NCBI GenBank assembly: GCA_965246885.1
Contig: OZ251992.1
Coordinates: 928,001-992,000 of the forward strand
DNA length: 64,000 nucleotides
Direction of reading: 5' to 3'
Source: Abditibacterium sp.
GTDB taxonomy: Bacteria > Armatimonadota > Abditibacteriia > Abditibacteriales > Abditibacteriaceae
Shown piece by piece: positions 27,631 through 38,400 of the stretch. The number at the start of each line of letters is the position of its first letter. Position 1 is the first letter of the stretch. Both the position numbers and the translations under genes were made by a program. Below the pieces are notes generated by a model that saw nothing but the letters and a program-made list of their open reading frames with translations, was not told the origin of the DNA and ran no database searches.

Positions 27631-28525
27631 AACCCTGACCCGCACCGATTGGCTCAATCTCTGCCGCGTATACCGCCGTGCGCGCGGTGATGAACAGCGT
27701 CTTGCCGTCCGTGCCGCCAAAGCACAGGTTGGCCGGGTCTTGCGGAACGGCGATGAGGCCGACGAGTTTGCCATCCGTCCCATACACCCGCACGCCTCCC
27801 GGCGCGGCGACGAACAGGCGGCCCGATAGGTCGCACTTCATGCCGTCGGGGTCGCCCGGTTTGGGAACCGTGTCGAGCGGGGTCTTATGCGACAAAGCGC
27901 CATCGGGGGCAACATCGTAAACCCACAGCGTTCCGGCTTGCGAGTCGTCCACATAAAGGCGACTAAAGTCGGGCGCAAAGCACAAACCGTTGGGCTGTTG
28001 CCAATCGCGGTCGAGCAGTTCCAGTTTGCCATCGGGGTGCAAGCGGAACAGGCCGCGAAAGTCGAGGGGGTCGGCACGCCCCGAAGTGCCGTATGTGGGA
28101 TCGGAGAAATAGATGGAGCCATCGGAGAAAATCGCCAAGTCGTTGGGCGCGTTGAGGGCGTGGCCCTCGTAGGATTCGGTGAGGGTTTGAAAAGTGTCGT
28201 CCGGCGCTTTGCGGGACACGCGGTCGACTTCGCACGATACCAAGCGGCTCCCCGCGTCGTAGGCGTTGCCGTTCGAGTGGCCGGTGGGGTGACGGACAAC
28301 CTCGGTTTTTCCCGCGAGGGTCGCCTTCCATAAGGTGTTGCCGGGGATGTCGGAAAATAGGAAGAAGCCGCGCGGATTCCAAACCGGGCCTTCGACAAAG
28401 CCGAATCCGTGCGCGACTTCGCGGACTTGGGCCGGAAAAACGGGAAGCGCGGGTGCTGTTTGCGCGCGCGCACCACCCGCAAAGGAGCAGAGCAGGGCCA
28501 GAAAAGAGATGGTGCGAAGTGGCAT
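27620..28525 (-). CDS. Secreted SMP-30/gluconolactonase family protein
   Basis: EGPVW, FSDIP, SNG, NAPND, FSDP.YG, PNG, PDGM; signal peptide. Confidence 0.92.
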   Translation of the reverse strand: MPLRTISFLALLCSFAGGARAQTAPALPVFPAQVREVAHGFGFVEGPVWNPRGFFLFSDIPGNTLWKATLAGKTEVVRHPTGHSNGNAYDAGSRLVSCEVDRVSRKAPDDTFQTLTESYEGHALNAPNDLAIFSDGSIYFSDPTYGTSGRADPLDFRGLFRLHPDGKLELLDRDWQQPNGLCFAPDFSRLYVDDSQAGTLWVYDVAPDGALSHKTPLDTVPKPGDPDGMKCDLSGRLFVAAPGGVRVYGTDGKLVGLIAVPQDPANLCFGGTDGKTLFITARTAVYAAEIEPIGAGQGSPH

Positions 28526-28587
28526 TAAGGTGGGGCAGTGGGGGATACTGCGAGCAGTATCCCCCCGCAGCGTTGCTCCGCGCGGCC

Positions 28588-28616
28588 TTGCGAGTGGGTG
28601 CGGGAGTAGTTATAAT
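28588..28616 (+). promoter_or_regulatory. Sigma70-type promoter for tRNA-Glu
   Basis: TTGCGA-17 nt-TATAAT, 14 nt upstream of the tRNA. Confidence 0.8.
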
Positions 28617-28630
28617 CTCTCTTCGTCTTT

Positions 28631-28702
28631 GGCGCTATCGTCTATCGGTTAGGACGTCGGCCTTTCACGCCGGTAAGGCGGGTTCGACTCCCGCTAGCGC
28701 TA
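28631..28702 (+). tRNA. tRNA-Glu(TTC), CCA not encoded
   Basis: Acceptor stem GGCGCTA/TAGCGCT, D-arm with GGTTA, anticodon loop CTTTCAC, T-loop GGTTCGACTC. Confidence 0.95.
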
Positions 28703-28707
28703 CTTCT

Positions 28708-28742
28708 TCGGCCCGAACACAAGGTTCGGGCCGTTTTGTTTT
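28708..28742 (+). terminator. Rho-independent terminator after tRNA-Glu
   Basis: CGGCCCGAAC-acaag-GTTCGGGCCG followed by TTTTGTTTT. Confidence 0.8.
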
Positions 28743-28795
28743 GGGTTCTCACATGCTTAGGCCAAAATGAGGCATACCCAAAGGGAGTTCTCTTT

Positions 28796-29860
28796 ATGCA
28801 AGCGCACCGCCCCGGCGATCTTCTCATAGTGGATGGCAACTCGCAGTTTCTCGCGCTCGCGGCGACCACGCTCAACCGGCGCGGGCACGCCGTGCGCGTG
28901 TGCGCTTATGCGCGCGAAGCGCGCGAGCACCTCGAACGGCACTCCTTCGACGCGCTTCTATGCGCTCTTGACTTACCCGATGGGTCGGGCGCCGAATTGT
29001 GCGCGTGGACGAAAAACCACGAGCACTTGTCCACTTTGCCCGTCGCCATGCTCGTGGACGCTGAGCGAGTCGCGCCCTCGAACGATCCGGTCGCCGACAT
29101 GATGCGCGAATACGCGCCCGACGCGCCCAAATTGGGGGGCTTGTTCGGGCCGGACGAGTTCATCGTGCGGCCCATTCGCGCCGAAGAGTTCGTCGTGCGC
29201 GTGGCGACCATGCTCAAAATGCGCCGCTACCGCGACGAAGTGGCGGGCACCATGAGTGCGCTCTTCGCCGTCGCCGAAGGCATCGAAGAACAGGACAGGC
29301 GCGCCAAAGGCCACTGCCGCCGCCTCGCCACCCTCTCCGTCTTGCTCGGCGCGGCTGCGGGCTGCGACGAATACCAGATGCTCACCTTGGAGCGCGCCGG
29401 TTACTTGCACGACATCGGTCGCGCCCAAATCCCCGGCGCCCTCATCGAAAAAGCTGACCCGCTCACCCCGCGCGAAAACGAGATTATGCGCGAACACCCC
29501 GTTCTGGGGGAGAAATTGTGTCACGGCGTCGCGGCGCTCCATCCGGTTTTGCCCATTATTCGCCATCACCACGAGCGCGGCGACGGGAGCGGCTACCCCG
29601 ACCGCTTGCGCGCCGAGCAAATCCCGCCTTTGGTGGCGCTGTTTTCCATCGTGGATGTCTTTGAGTCGCTGATGTCGTGGCGTCCGTATCGTCCGGCCAT
29701 GCCGCAGTGGCAGGCGCTGCAAACCCTGCAACGCGAAGCGCAAGCTGGTTTGTGGAATCACGAACTGGTCGAGCTTTTCGCGCGTAACGTTCTGCCGAGC
29801 GCCGACGAGCAATTGCGCGCGGCAGGCGTGGGATGGCCGGGACAGTTGCCTTCCCCTTGA
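28796..29860 (+). CDS. Degenerate REC domain plus HD-GYP phosphodiesterase
   Basis: LHDIG and HHHERGDGSGYPD; REC-like N-terminus. Confidence 0.88.
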   Translation: MQAHRPGDLLIVDGNSQFLALAATTLNRRGHAVRVCAYAREAREHLERHSFDALLCALDLPDGSGAELCAWTKNHEHLSTLPVAMLVDAERVAPSNDPVADMMREYAPDAPKLGGLFGPDEFIVRPIRAEEFVVRVATMLKMRRYRDEVAGTMSALFAVAEGIEEQDRRAKGHCRRLATLSVLLGAAAGCDEYQMLTLERAGYLHDIGRAQIPGALIEKADPLTPRENEIMREHPVLGEKLCHGVAALHPVLPIIRHHHERGDGSGYPDRLRAEQIPPLVALFSIVDVFESLMSWRPYRPAMPQWQALQTLQREAQAGLWNHELVELFARNVLPSADEQLRAAGVGWPGQLPSP

Positions 29861-29915
29861 GCCTTAGCTTCCATTTGCCGCCGCCCTTCCCATGCGTTAA
29901 AGTCCTTGTCCGTAT

Positions 29916-31043
29916 ATGCAACCCGTTCGATTGGGCATCATCGGCTTGGGCAACATGGGCGCCGTCCACGCGCGCTCGATTGCCGCCATTCCCGAAGCGA
30001 CCTTGGTCGCCGTCGCCGACCAAAACCTCGCACTTGCGCGCACCATTGCAGGCGAAACCGGTGTCCGCGCGTTTCCCGATGCGAAGGCGCTACTTGAGTC
30101 GGGCGAAGTCGAAGCGGTTCTGGTGGCCACGCCGCACTTCTCGCACCCCGACATCACTTTCCAAGCCGCCAACAAGGGCGTTCATGTCTTGTGCGAAAAA
30201 CCCCTGACTGTCTCGGTGTCCGCCGCCAACACGATGGTTAGCGCTTGTGAAAGGGCGGGCGTGCTGCTGGGCGTCATGTTCCAACAACGCACGTCGCCCG
30301 CCCGCACCGAATTAAAAAAGATGATCGAGCGCGGCGAGTTGGGATCGCTCCATCGCATCAACATGGTCGCCCCTTGGTATCGCACTCAAGCGTATTACGA
30401 TTCCGGCTCATGGCGCGGCACGTGGCAAGGCGAGGGCGGCGGCATCCTCATGAACCAAGCGCCGCACTCGCTCGACCAGTTCGTGTGGCTGTTTGGCCGC
30501 TCGCCCCAGTTTGTGCAGGCGATTTGCGACACCCGCTTGCACACAATTGAAGTCGAAAACTTGGCGGTTGCCATTTGCGACTACGGCGACGGCGTCACCG
30601 GCCAGTTTTACGCTTCGACTTCGGACATTCCCACCGGAGAGTGCGTCGAAATCGCCGGAGACCGGGGCCTTGTTTGCCTTGATGAGCGCGGGTTGCGCTT
30701 CTTTGAACTCGAAACTCCTTTGTCCGATCACTTGAAAACTGCCAAGGGCGGCTTCGACGCCCCGGCTGGGGCGTGGCGCACCATTGCCACTGGCGGCGAC
30801 GAGCAAAGCCACCCGGCAGTCATCGCCGCTTTTGCCCGCGCCGTGCGCGCCGGGGATGCCTCGCTTCTCGTTGCCGATGGGCGGGCCGGACGCGCCGCTT
30901 TGGAATTGGCCAACGCCATTTTGCTCGCAGGATATACCCGCCGCGAAGTTGCCTTGCCTCTCGACAGCGCCGCCTTTGACGACATGCTTAGCCAATTGCA
31001 AGCGGGCACCGCCCCGCGCGAACTGCGCGCCCATGCCGGTTGA
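29916..31043 (+). CDS. Gfo/Idh/MocA oxidoreductase
   Basis: GIIGLGNMG, ATPH..H, CEKP, GGGILMNQAPH. Confidence 0.92.
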   Translation: MQPVRLGIIGLGNMGAVHARSIAAIPEATLVAVADQNLALARTIAGETGVRAFPDAKALLESGEVEAVLVATPHFSHPDITFQAANKGVHVLCEKPLTVSVSAANTMVSACERAGVLLGVMFQQRTSPARTELKKMIERGELGSLHRINMVAPWYRTQAYYDSGSWRGTWQGEGGGILMNQAPHSLDQFVWLFGRSPQFVQAICDTRLHTIEVENLAVAICDYGDGVTGQFYASTSDIPTGECVEIAGDRGLVCLDERGLRFFELETPLSDHLKTAKGGFDAPAGAWRTIATGGDEQSHPAVIAAFARAVRAGDASLLVADGRAGRAALELANAILLAGYTRREVALPLDSAAFDDMLSQLQAGTAPRELRAHAG

Positions 31044-31192
31044 CGATGGGCGCGCATAATTCCTTCGTCGGCGCGCATGGGCGGACGGTTGGCGCATGTG
31101 CGGGAATTGGCGGCGCGTATCATTCCCCCGTCGGCGCGCATACGCGAACGGTCGGCGCGACCCGGTGGAGAGTCGGTGTGCATACGCGGACG
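31044..31192. repeat. Degenerate 21-bp-period tandem array (about 7 units)
   Basis: Units CGTCGGCGCGCATGGGCGGAC, CGTCGGCGCGCATACGCGAAC and similar, immediately after the stop codon. Confidence 0.8.
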
Positions 31193-31304
31193 GAAAAAGC
31201 GAACCTTGCAAAATTCCAACGGTAGCGGTGCCTGTTCTACTTGCTATCCCTACCATTCATGGCAAACAACCGAGGAGCCTCCTGATAAAATCAGAGGGTT
31301 TCTT

Positions 31305-32243
31305 ATGCGTATCGTCATTACCGGAGGAGCCGGATTCGTCGGCTCCCATTTATGCGACCGTTGTTTGGCCGAAGGGCACGAAGTCGTCGCCGTTGACAAC
31401 CTGATCACCGGCTCAACCGACAACATTGCCCACATTGAGTCCGAGCGGTTCTCTTACTCGCGCCAAAACATCTCCGAAGGCGTCTTCGTGGACGGCCCGG
31501 TGGACTTCATCCTCCACTTCGCTTCGCCCGCTTCGCCCGTTGATTACTTGGAATTGCCCATCCAAACCCTCAAAGTCGGCGCGCTTGGCACGCACAACGC
31601 GCTCGGTTTGGCGCGCGCCAAAGGCGCGGGGTTACTGCTCGCCTCAACTTCCGAGGTCTACGGCGACCCGCACGTTCACCCGCAACCCGAAGAGTACTGG
31701 GGCAACGTCAACCCCATCGGGCTACGCGGCTGCTATGACGAGGCCAAGCGGTTCGCCGAAGCCATCGTCATGGCTTACCACCGGATGCACGCCATTGACA
31801 CGAAAATCGTGCGCATCTTCAACACCTACGGCCCCCGCATGCGCTTGCGCGATGGGCGCATCGTGCCCAACTTCGTGCGCCAAGCCCTCGAAGGCGAATC
31901 GCTTACCATCTACGGCGACGGCAGCCAAACGCGCTCCTTCTGCTTTGTCACCGACCTCGTGGATGGCATTTATAAGTTGATGCTTTCCGACGAGCATCTG
32001 CCCACTAACATCGGCAACCCGCGCGAATTTACGGTCTTGGAGTTCGCTGAATTGGTCAAAAAGCTCACTGGCGCCCAGTCGCCGCTCGCTTTTCAGCCGC
32101 TTCCCCAAGACGACCCCAAGCAGCGCAAACCCGACATATCCAAAGCCCAGCGCGTGTTGGGTTGGGAGCCGAAAGTGGGCATCGAAGACGGCCTGCGCCA
32201 AACGCTGGACTACTTTGCCGCCCGTTTAAAGGCCAGCGCGTAA
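31305..32243 (+). CDS. UDP-glucuronate decarboxylase (UXS-like) NAD-dependent epimerase/dehydratase
   Basis: [52 protein letters not shown]. Confidence 0.92.
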   Translation: MRIVITGGAGFVGSHLCDRCLAEGHEVVAVDNLITGSTDNIAHIESERFSYSRQNISEGVFVDGPVDFILHFASPASPVDYLELPIQTLKVGALGTHNALGLARAKGAGLLLASTSEVYGDPHVHPQPEEYWGNVNPIGLRGCYDEAKRFAEAIVMAYHRMHAIDTKIVRIFNTYGPRMRLRDGRIVPNFVRQALEGESLTIYGDGSQTRSFCFVTDLVDGIYKLMLSDEHLPTNIGNPREFTVLEFAELVKKLTGAQSPLAFQPLPQDDPKQRKPDISKAQRVLGWEPKVGIEDGLRQTLDYFAARLKASA

Positions 32244-32459
32244 GCGACCTGACCGATGGGCCGCCGAGAAAGGACGGGAACGCTTCGGAAGACGTTCGTC
32301 TACTTGACGCAACTCCCACTTCTGGACAAACCGGGGCACCACTGCCCCCTTTCTCCTCGCAACGCGCTTCTTTCAAGTGTGTCCAAGGGGAGCAATCGGC
32401 GTGTGCGAGGGTGCAAGGCCCCGATCCGTGACAAAGCGACTTTTAATTAGCTGTATCTC

Positions 32460-35400
32460 ATGCAACTCTTTTCGACCCGTTCAACCCAAGGTCAGACCCC
32501 TATTTCGTCCCCTCGCCGCGCGCATCGCGGTTGGGCACAGCCGCGCTTTCTTATAGGAGGCGCGGCTTTGGCGTTAGCTGGAGCGACGTGGGCGGCTTTG
32601 GCCGCGCCCAAGCTCCAAAGCAAAACGCCCGCCGTCAAGACTGCCAGTTCAGTTGCGGCGGCTTCGGTCAGTCCACCCGTGACGCTGTCGCAGTTGCCCG
32701 CCCTTGTCGCGCACATGGGCGCGGCGCGCAGCCTTTCCGTCGCTACAGGCCAAAGCGGGGCCGTCACCCAAAGCGGATTGGCCTCGCGCACTTCGGCGGC
32801 GGCGGGCACGGGGAAGACGGGCTTCAACCTCGTCGAAACGGACTTGACTCCTAATTCCCCTTCCGACGAGCGCGAGCCGGTCGTGTCGCCGAGCGGCGAC
32901 CTTATCACCTTTACCTCGACGGGCGCCGACTCCACTGCCAAGGATGCCAACCCCAAAGGGCGCATTGACTCCCTTGCGCCGGGTGGCTTCAAGCACATCT
33001 GGATCATGAACCGCGACGGGTCGAGCCAGCGCCAAGTGACGGGGTTTGGAGCCGACGCGAATCGCAATCAATCGCACCCCACATGGTCGCCCGACGGCAA
33101 CCAGCTGGCTTATTCCGATCAGGACGACGATGCTACTGGAGGCAATACCATCTTGGATGCCAACGGTAAGGTCACTGCAAAAGGGTCGCAGTTGTGGATC
33201 GTGTCGGCTCTGGATCAGAACCCCATCCCCTCGCAACGCACCTTTTTCCACAAAGAGAACGGTGTGGTCGCCACCGTCGAATCTCCCGCGTGGGCGCCCA
33301 GTGGTCTGAGCATCGCCTATGTAGCCAACTACGACGCGCGTCCCACGATCAACGGTATCCCCTCGACCGCCGACGGCGCGCGCATCCTGCCCACGCGCGA
33401 CATTTTTATCATCGCTCCCGATGGCTCGGCCAATTCCATCACCCGCGTCACCGGCGACGCCACCAACGACCCCGTCGGCAATCAGACCGATGACAACAAC
33501 CCGGCGTGGGCGACAGTGAACACCAACGTGCTGTTCTTTTCGTCCAACCGCGATCTGGCGGGTAAGTTGACGGGCGCGGCGGCCAATGGTCGCCGCATTT
33601 GGCGTATCCTCGCCGACGGCACCAAAGCGAACCAAGTCACCGACCCCACCCAACGCGCGCAAGGCGCGCCGGATGACGTGGACGATTATCCCGCGCCGTC
33701 CATCCAGACGTTCTTTCCCAGCTACATCGGGCAAAGGAAACCTCAGGTGGACTCCCCTGAGCAACTCGCCTTCCAGTCCAACTCTTATATAGATGCCTCC
33801 GACCAAGCGGACGGCCCGCGCGGGCGCGACCTCAACATCTGGTCTGTCCCCATCGACTCCGCCAGTTTCGGCGCGCCGCCGCCGGAGCCGCGCGTGTATG
33901 TCGGCTCCTATACCGATGGGAAGATCGTGGGCGTCAATGTCCGCACCTCGCAGGTATCGACCGTCGTGCCGCGCATCCCCGCCAACACTTTTAGCTTTGT
34001 TCCCCATGTCGAGGATGTCGTCGTTTCCGCCGATGGGCAATACGTCTACGCCGCCGACCGCGACAACGCCCGCATTGACCGCTTCTATGAGTCCGACGGA
34101 ACGCCCGCCGGTAACCCCTCATCCGGTCTCGCCTTCACACCAGCCACCGTTACCAACCCCACAGGCGTCGTTGAATATAATGGCTACTTATACGTCGCAT
34201 CGGGCTACCCCAACCCCGGCGCTTCCGCGAAGCCGCCAACTGCCACCCAAACGCTCTACCGCTTCAACACTTTCGACGGCACCACCGCCGGAAACGCAAC
34301 CGGCACCACCCCCGACCCGACTGGTAAGACGGTCGTCAACACGACCGGCGCTTTCTCGAACGGCGAAACAGACGCCAACGGAGGCACCGTTTCCAACGGC
34401 GCCGAGGGTATAGCCATCACCCCCGAAGGCAACTACATCGCCGTCGCCGCGCTGATTGACAACAAGATCAACCTCTACGACACCCAGACCGGAAATTACC
34501 TGTTTGACGCTACGACCAACACTTCGCTCGTGTCGGGTGACAAGACTGCCAACGGCGGCCTCAACTTGCCAACGGGCCTTGCGTGGGGGCCGGACTTTAA
34601 CGGCGATGGTTTCGCCGACCTCTACGCTTGCTCCAGCGGCGACAACTCCATCAAGGTCTACGCTGGCCCCAACCCCTACGCGCGCGACTCATTCACCAAA
34701 GCGCGCACTCCCTTTGCTCTGGTCGGCGCCAAGGGCGACACGCGCCCCGGCACGTTCTTGGGCAATCTCGTCCAAAGCAACCAAAACGGCTACGACAACG
34801 GCCTCAACGCGCCCGAACGCATCAAAATCGTTGACATCGCCAAACACGACAATAGCGGAGCCACCCCGCCCGACACCTACGGCACCGATGGCATCTTCGA
34901 GGTCTACGTGTCCAGCTTTTCCGCTCCTGGTTCGACCACGCCGGGCGATGGCTACCAAGTCCTGCGCTTTGAACTGGACACCAAAAAGCACCGGGCCTAC
35001 TCGTGGCCCGCAGGAGCCGGTGTACCCGCAGCATCGAGTTCGAGTGACGCCGCTTACATCTCGCTTCCCGTTAACTTCAACGACGATTCGCAGGTTACGC
35101 TCAAAGGCGCCGCCAGCTTTAGCTTCAACCGGGCGACCACCACGCAACTCAACGCCGTCACGTTGCCCCCCAGCGCCGACGAAACGTCGGGTGCGGCTTT
35201 GGTGCTGACCAACATCTTGTCCAGCCCAAACAATTTCAAGGCTTCGCTGCTGCCCTCGCCCCAAACTGTGGATCGCTCCGCCGACCGGGAGCCTTCTTTC
35301 TCCCGTAACACGGCGACAAGGCAAACCCTTGCGCGAGTAGTGTTCGCGTCGGGGCGTAAGTACTCCCCGACTCCCGACGCCACCACGCCGATCAACCCTT

Positions 35401-38400
35401 CCGGCGGCGACCAATTCAACACCGACGGCAGCTCTGCTGTGGGCGTTACACACGACATTTGGATCACGTCATCTCGCGACACCACGCCCCCGGCTCTTGT
35501 GCCGCAAGGCGCTGGCAACTTGCAATACCCCGTTGTCGCGCCGCAACCCGACGCGCCGTTCTTCGCGCCGCGCACAGCGGAAGCGGGCCTCGTTCCCAAC
35601 CAAACACCCACCCAAAGCGAGGTGAACGAATTGACGGCTACCCCGTCGTCATCAGCTAACACCTACGCTAATCATGGCGGCTTGCGCTTTGCCGTCGTGA
35701 TGCACGATGTCGAGAGCGGTCTGCGAGAAGGTGCCGCTTCACGAGCGGTCACCGTCAGTTTTTACAACGCCGATAAGCGCCAATTCAGGACGACGCAGGA
35801 CAACCCGAACGAGGGCATCGCTGTTTCGCGCGCGGAAGAACAAAAAGCGGCGATCGTCAGCATCAATGGGCAGACATCGTTCTCGCTCAACGTCTACGAC
35901 GACGGCCCCGTTTCGGCGGGTGGCCACGAGCAGGAGGCGGGTGCAGTCGCGGGTGACGGCAACTACTATTGCGAGGGCGTCTTGCCCACGCCACCCGTTG
36001 GAGACTACTATATAGATGTCAGCGCCTTCGACCGCGCGGGCAACTACTTCAACTACGACAACGTCTGGGGCTTCTCAACGCGCCGCTTCGTGCGTCAAGG
36101 AACTACCAGCGACCTGTTCGTTTCCGACTACACCTGCGGTCAGTTGTTCCCCTTCGAATTAAACACCAACGTTCGTTCCAACAACATGCCCCCCGTCGAG
36201 AGTTACTACCTCGACAATCCCGGCGGCTTTGAGATTGACGCGAAAACGGGCAACCCGATCGTGGACAAGAATGGCGCGCCAGTTGGCGTTTCCCGCACTT
36301 CCACCTTCTCCAATGTGGACGTATGGCGCGTGCTGTGTCGCGGGCCAGTCACGCAAGACGTGCTGAACGCGTACAGACCAAGTATCGTCAAGCAGATAGA
36401 CCCGACCACGCCCTATCCCGGCGCTACTCCCACGCCGACGCCCGGCGCCGGGCCAACGGCTACACCGGTGGCGACGCCCGTTCCCGGCACGACGCCCTTG
36501 CCCTTCACCCAACTAACCCGCAATGTCGCCGTGTCCAACGCGGCTGTTATCTGGGCGGCACCTTATGCGGGTTCCACCTTCGTCGGCCCCGGCACCATCA
36601 CCGACCCCACCACACAAGCGGCCCTGACCTCCTTCTTGCAAGACGGCGGACGCTTGTTCTTGTCTGGGCGTAGCATTGCGTGGGCGCTGTCCAGCGGCGG
36701 CGCATTGGACAATAACTTCCTCAACACCGAACTCGCCGCGAAATTCAAGAGCGAGCAACGGTTGCTCGGCAATGTCATCACGGCTTCAAACAACGGGAGC
36801 TTCCTGAGCAACGAATTCAATGCCAAGCCGCCCGCCAAATTTAGCGGCGACTTCGTCAACTTGGAGTTCCCTTACCACTTTAGTGGGGACAAGGCGCCGG
36901 ACTCATATACCGACTCGGCCACCACGCAAGACCCCTTCTTCTACAACTACGTCGACATCCTTACCCCGCAAACTGCGTCGGGTGTGACGGTTACTACCGA
37001 CTACAATGCGCCCGAAGGAGTGGTTGGGCAGCGCATCGTGAACAGCAAGCGCAACAACGGTCTGGAGTCGCGCGCCGTCTTCTTCGGCTTCGGCTTCGAG
37101 GCCATCAATCGCCGCTACACCGCAAATGGCGACTACCCGCCCGCGCTGGATACGCGCTTCCGCTTGGGTCGGCAGATACTGCAGTACTTCAAGACCAGTG
37201 GCGTGAGCGGAACAGTCACCAACACGGCGACCAACCTGCCCGTTCCCAACTTCCTCGTGCGCGTCGATGGCCCCGGTGGGCCGTATTTCGCCCGCACCGA
37301 CGCTCGCGGCCAGTACTCCGTGACCGGCCTTTCCACTGGCCGCTTCACCGCGAGCGCCTACTTGGACTCCAAGAACTTGACCTCGCCGCAAGGCTTCTTT
37401 GGCGTCGTCGGCATCTTTGACGACATCGTTGGCGGCGGCGCTGCCGCCACCGGCTTGAATTTGGCCGTCACCCCCGCCGTTCCCGGCGCGGTCATCGGTC
37501 GGGCCGTCTCCCCAACCGGCGCGCCGCTTCCCAATTTGCCTGTCCTGATCAAGTCCATCGGTCAGTCGAGCATCTTTCCCAACGGCGGCCAGTTCGTGCG
37601 CCTTGGCTTCACCAACGCGAGCGGCATCTTTAGCTTCGCCAACGTCCCGGCGCAGGCTGAGATGCAGGTCATCTTCAACCCGAAGGGCACCGACATCCCG
37701 GCTGGCTCCAACGTCAACTACGACCCCTTCAAGCAACGCCTCAAAACCGTTGGCTACCGCGTGTTGCCCGAAATCGGCGGCAAACGCCCCAGCCCCATCA
37801 TCGTGCCGTCGGGAGACAACTTCTACCTCAACGACGTTGACCCCGACACGACCAAAAACGAGGGGCCGCCCATTGTCGTGGGCACCGGCTCCTCTATTGC
37901 GGGCACGGTCTCCATCAATAGCGCTCCGGTGGCGGGCGCGACGGTGCAACTGCTGAACACCGACTCCAGTGGCAACCCCACAACGGTGACTTCGTACCCC
38001 GTGCAAACATCGGGCACTGGCGGTGTGACGGGCGCGGAAGGCCGCTACACCTTCACCGGCATCAAAGCTTCTGCGATCCCGACCAAATACGCGATTAAAG
38101 TCTCCGTCCCAGTGCCTACTGGGGGAACGAGCACTTTCACCTTGAGCCGCACGGCCATCGTGACGCTCGCCCAAGGCGACGACCCGACCCAAAACTTTGA
38201 TTTCGTCCTCGGCTCCTTAACCGGAAACGTGGTCACTCAGAGCGACAACAAGCCCGCAGTGGGCGCGACCGTTTCCTTGCAAAATGCGGACGGCTCGCCC
38301 TCGCTCGCCACCGCCAAAGCCACAACCGACGCAGGCGGTGTTTATACCATCGCCAATGTTCCCACTGGCGACTACACCTACGACGCCACGAGCAAAAGCT

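Noticed and set aside
28631..28750. tRNA-Glu as an integration site for an island or prophage
   Set aside because: No integrase nearby and I saw no duplicated tRNA 3' end in the window; the tRNA is followed by its own terminator.
32244..32459. Riboswitch in the 216-nt leader of the giant surface protein
   Set aside because: I could not match a known aptamer consensus by eye; an Infernal/Rfam scan would be needed.
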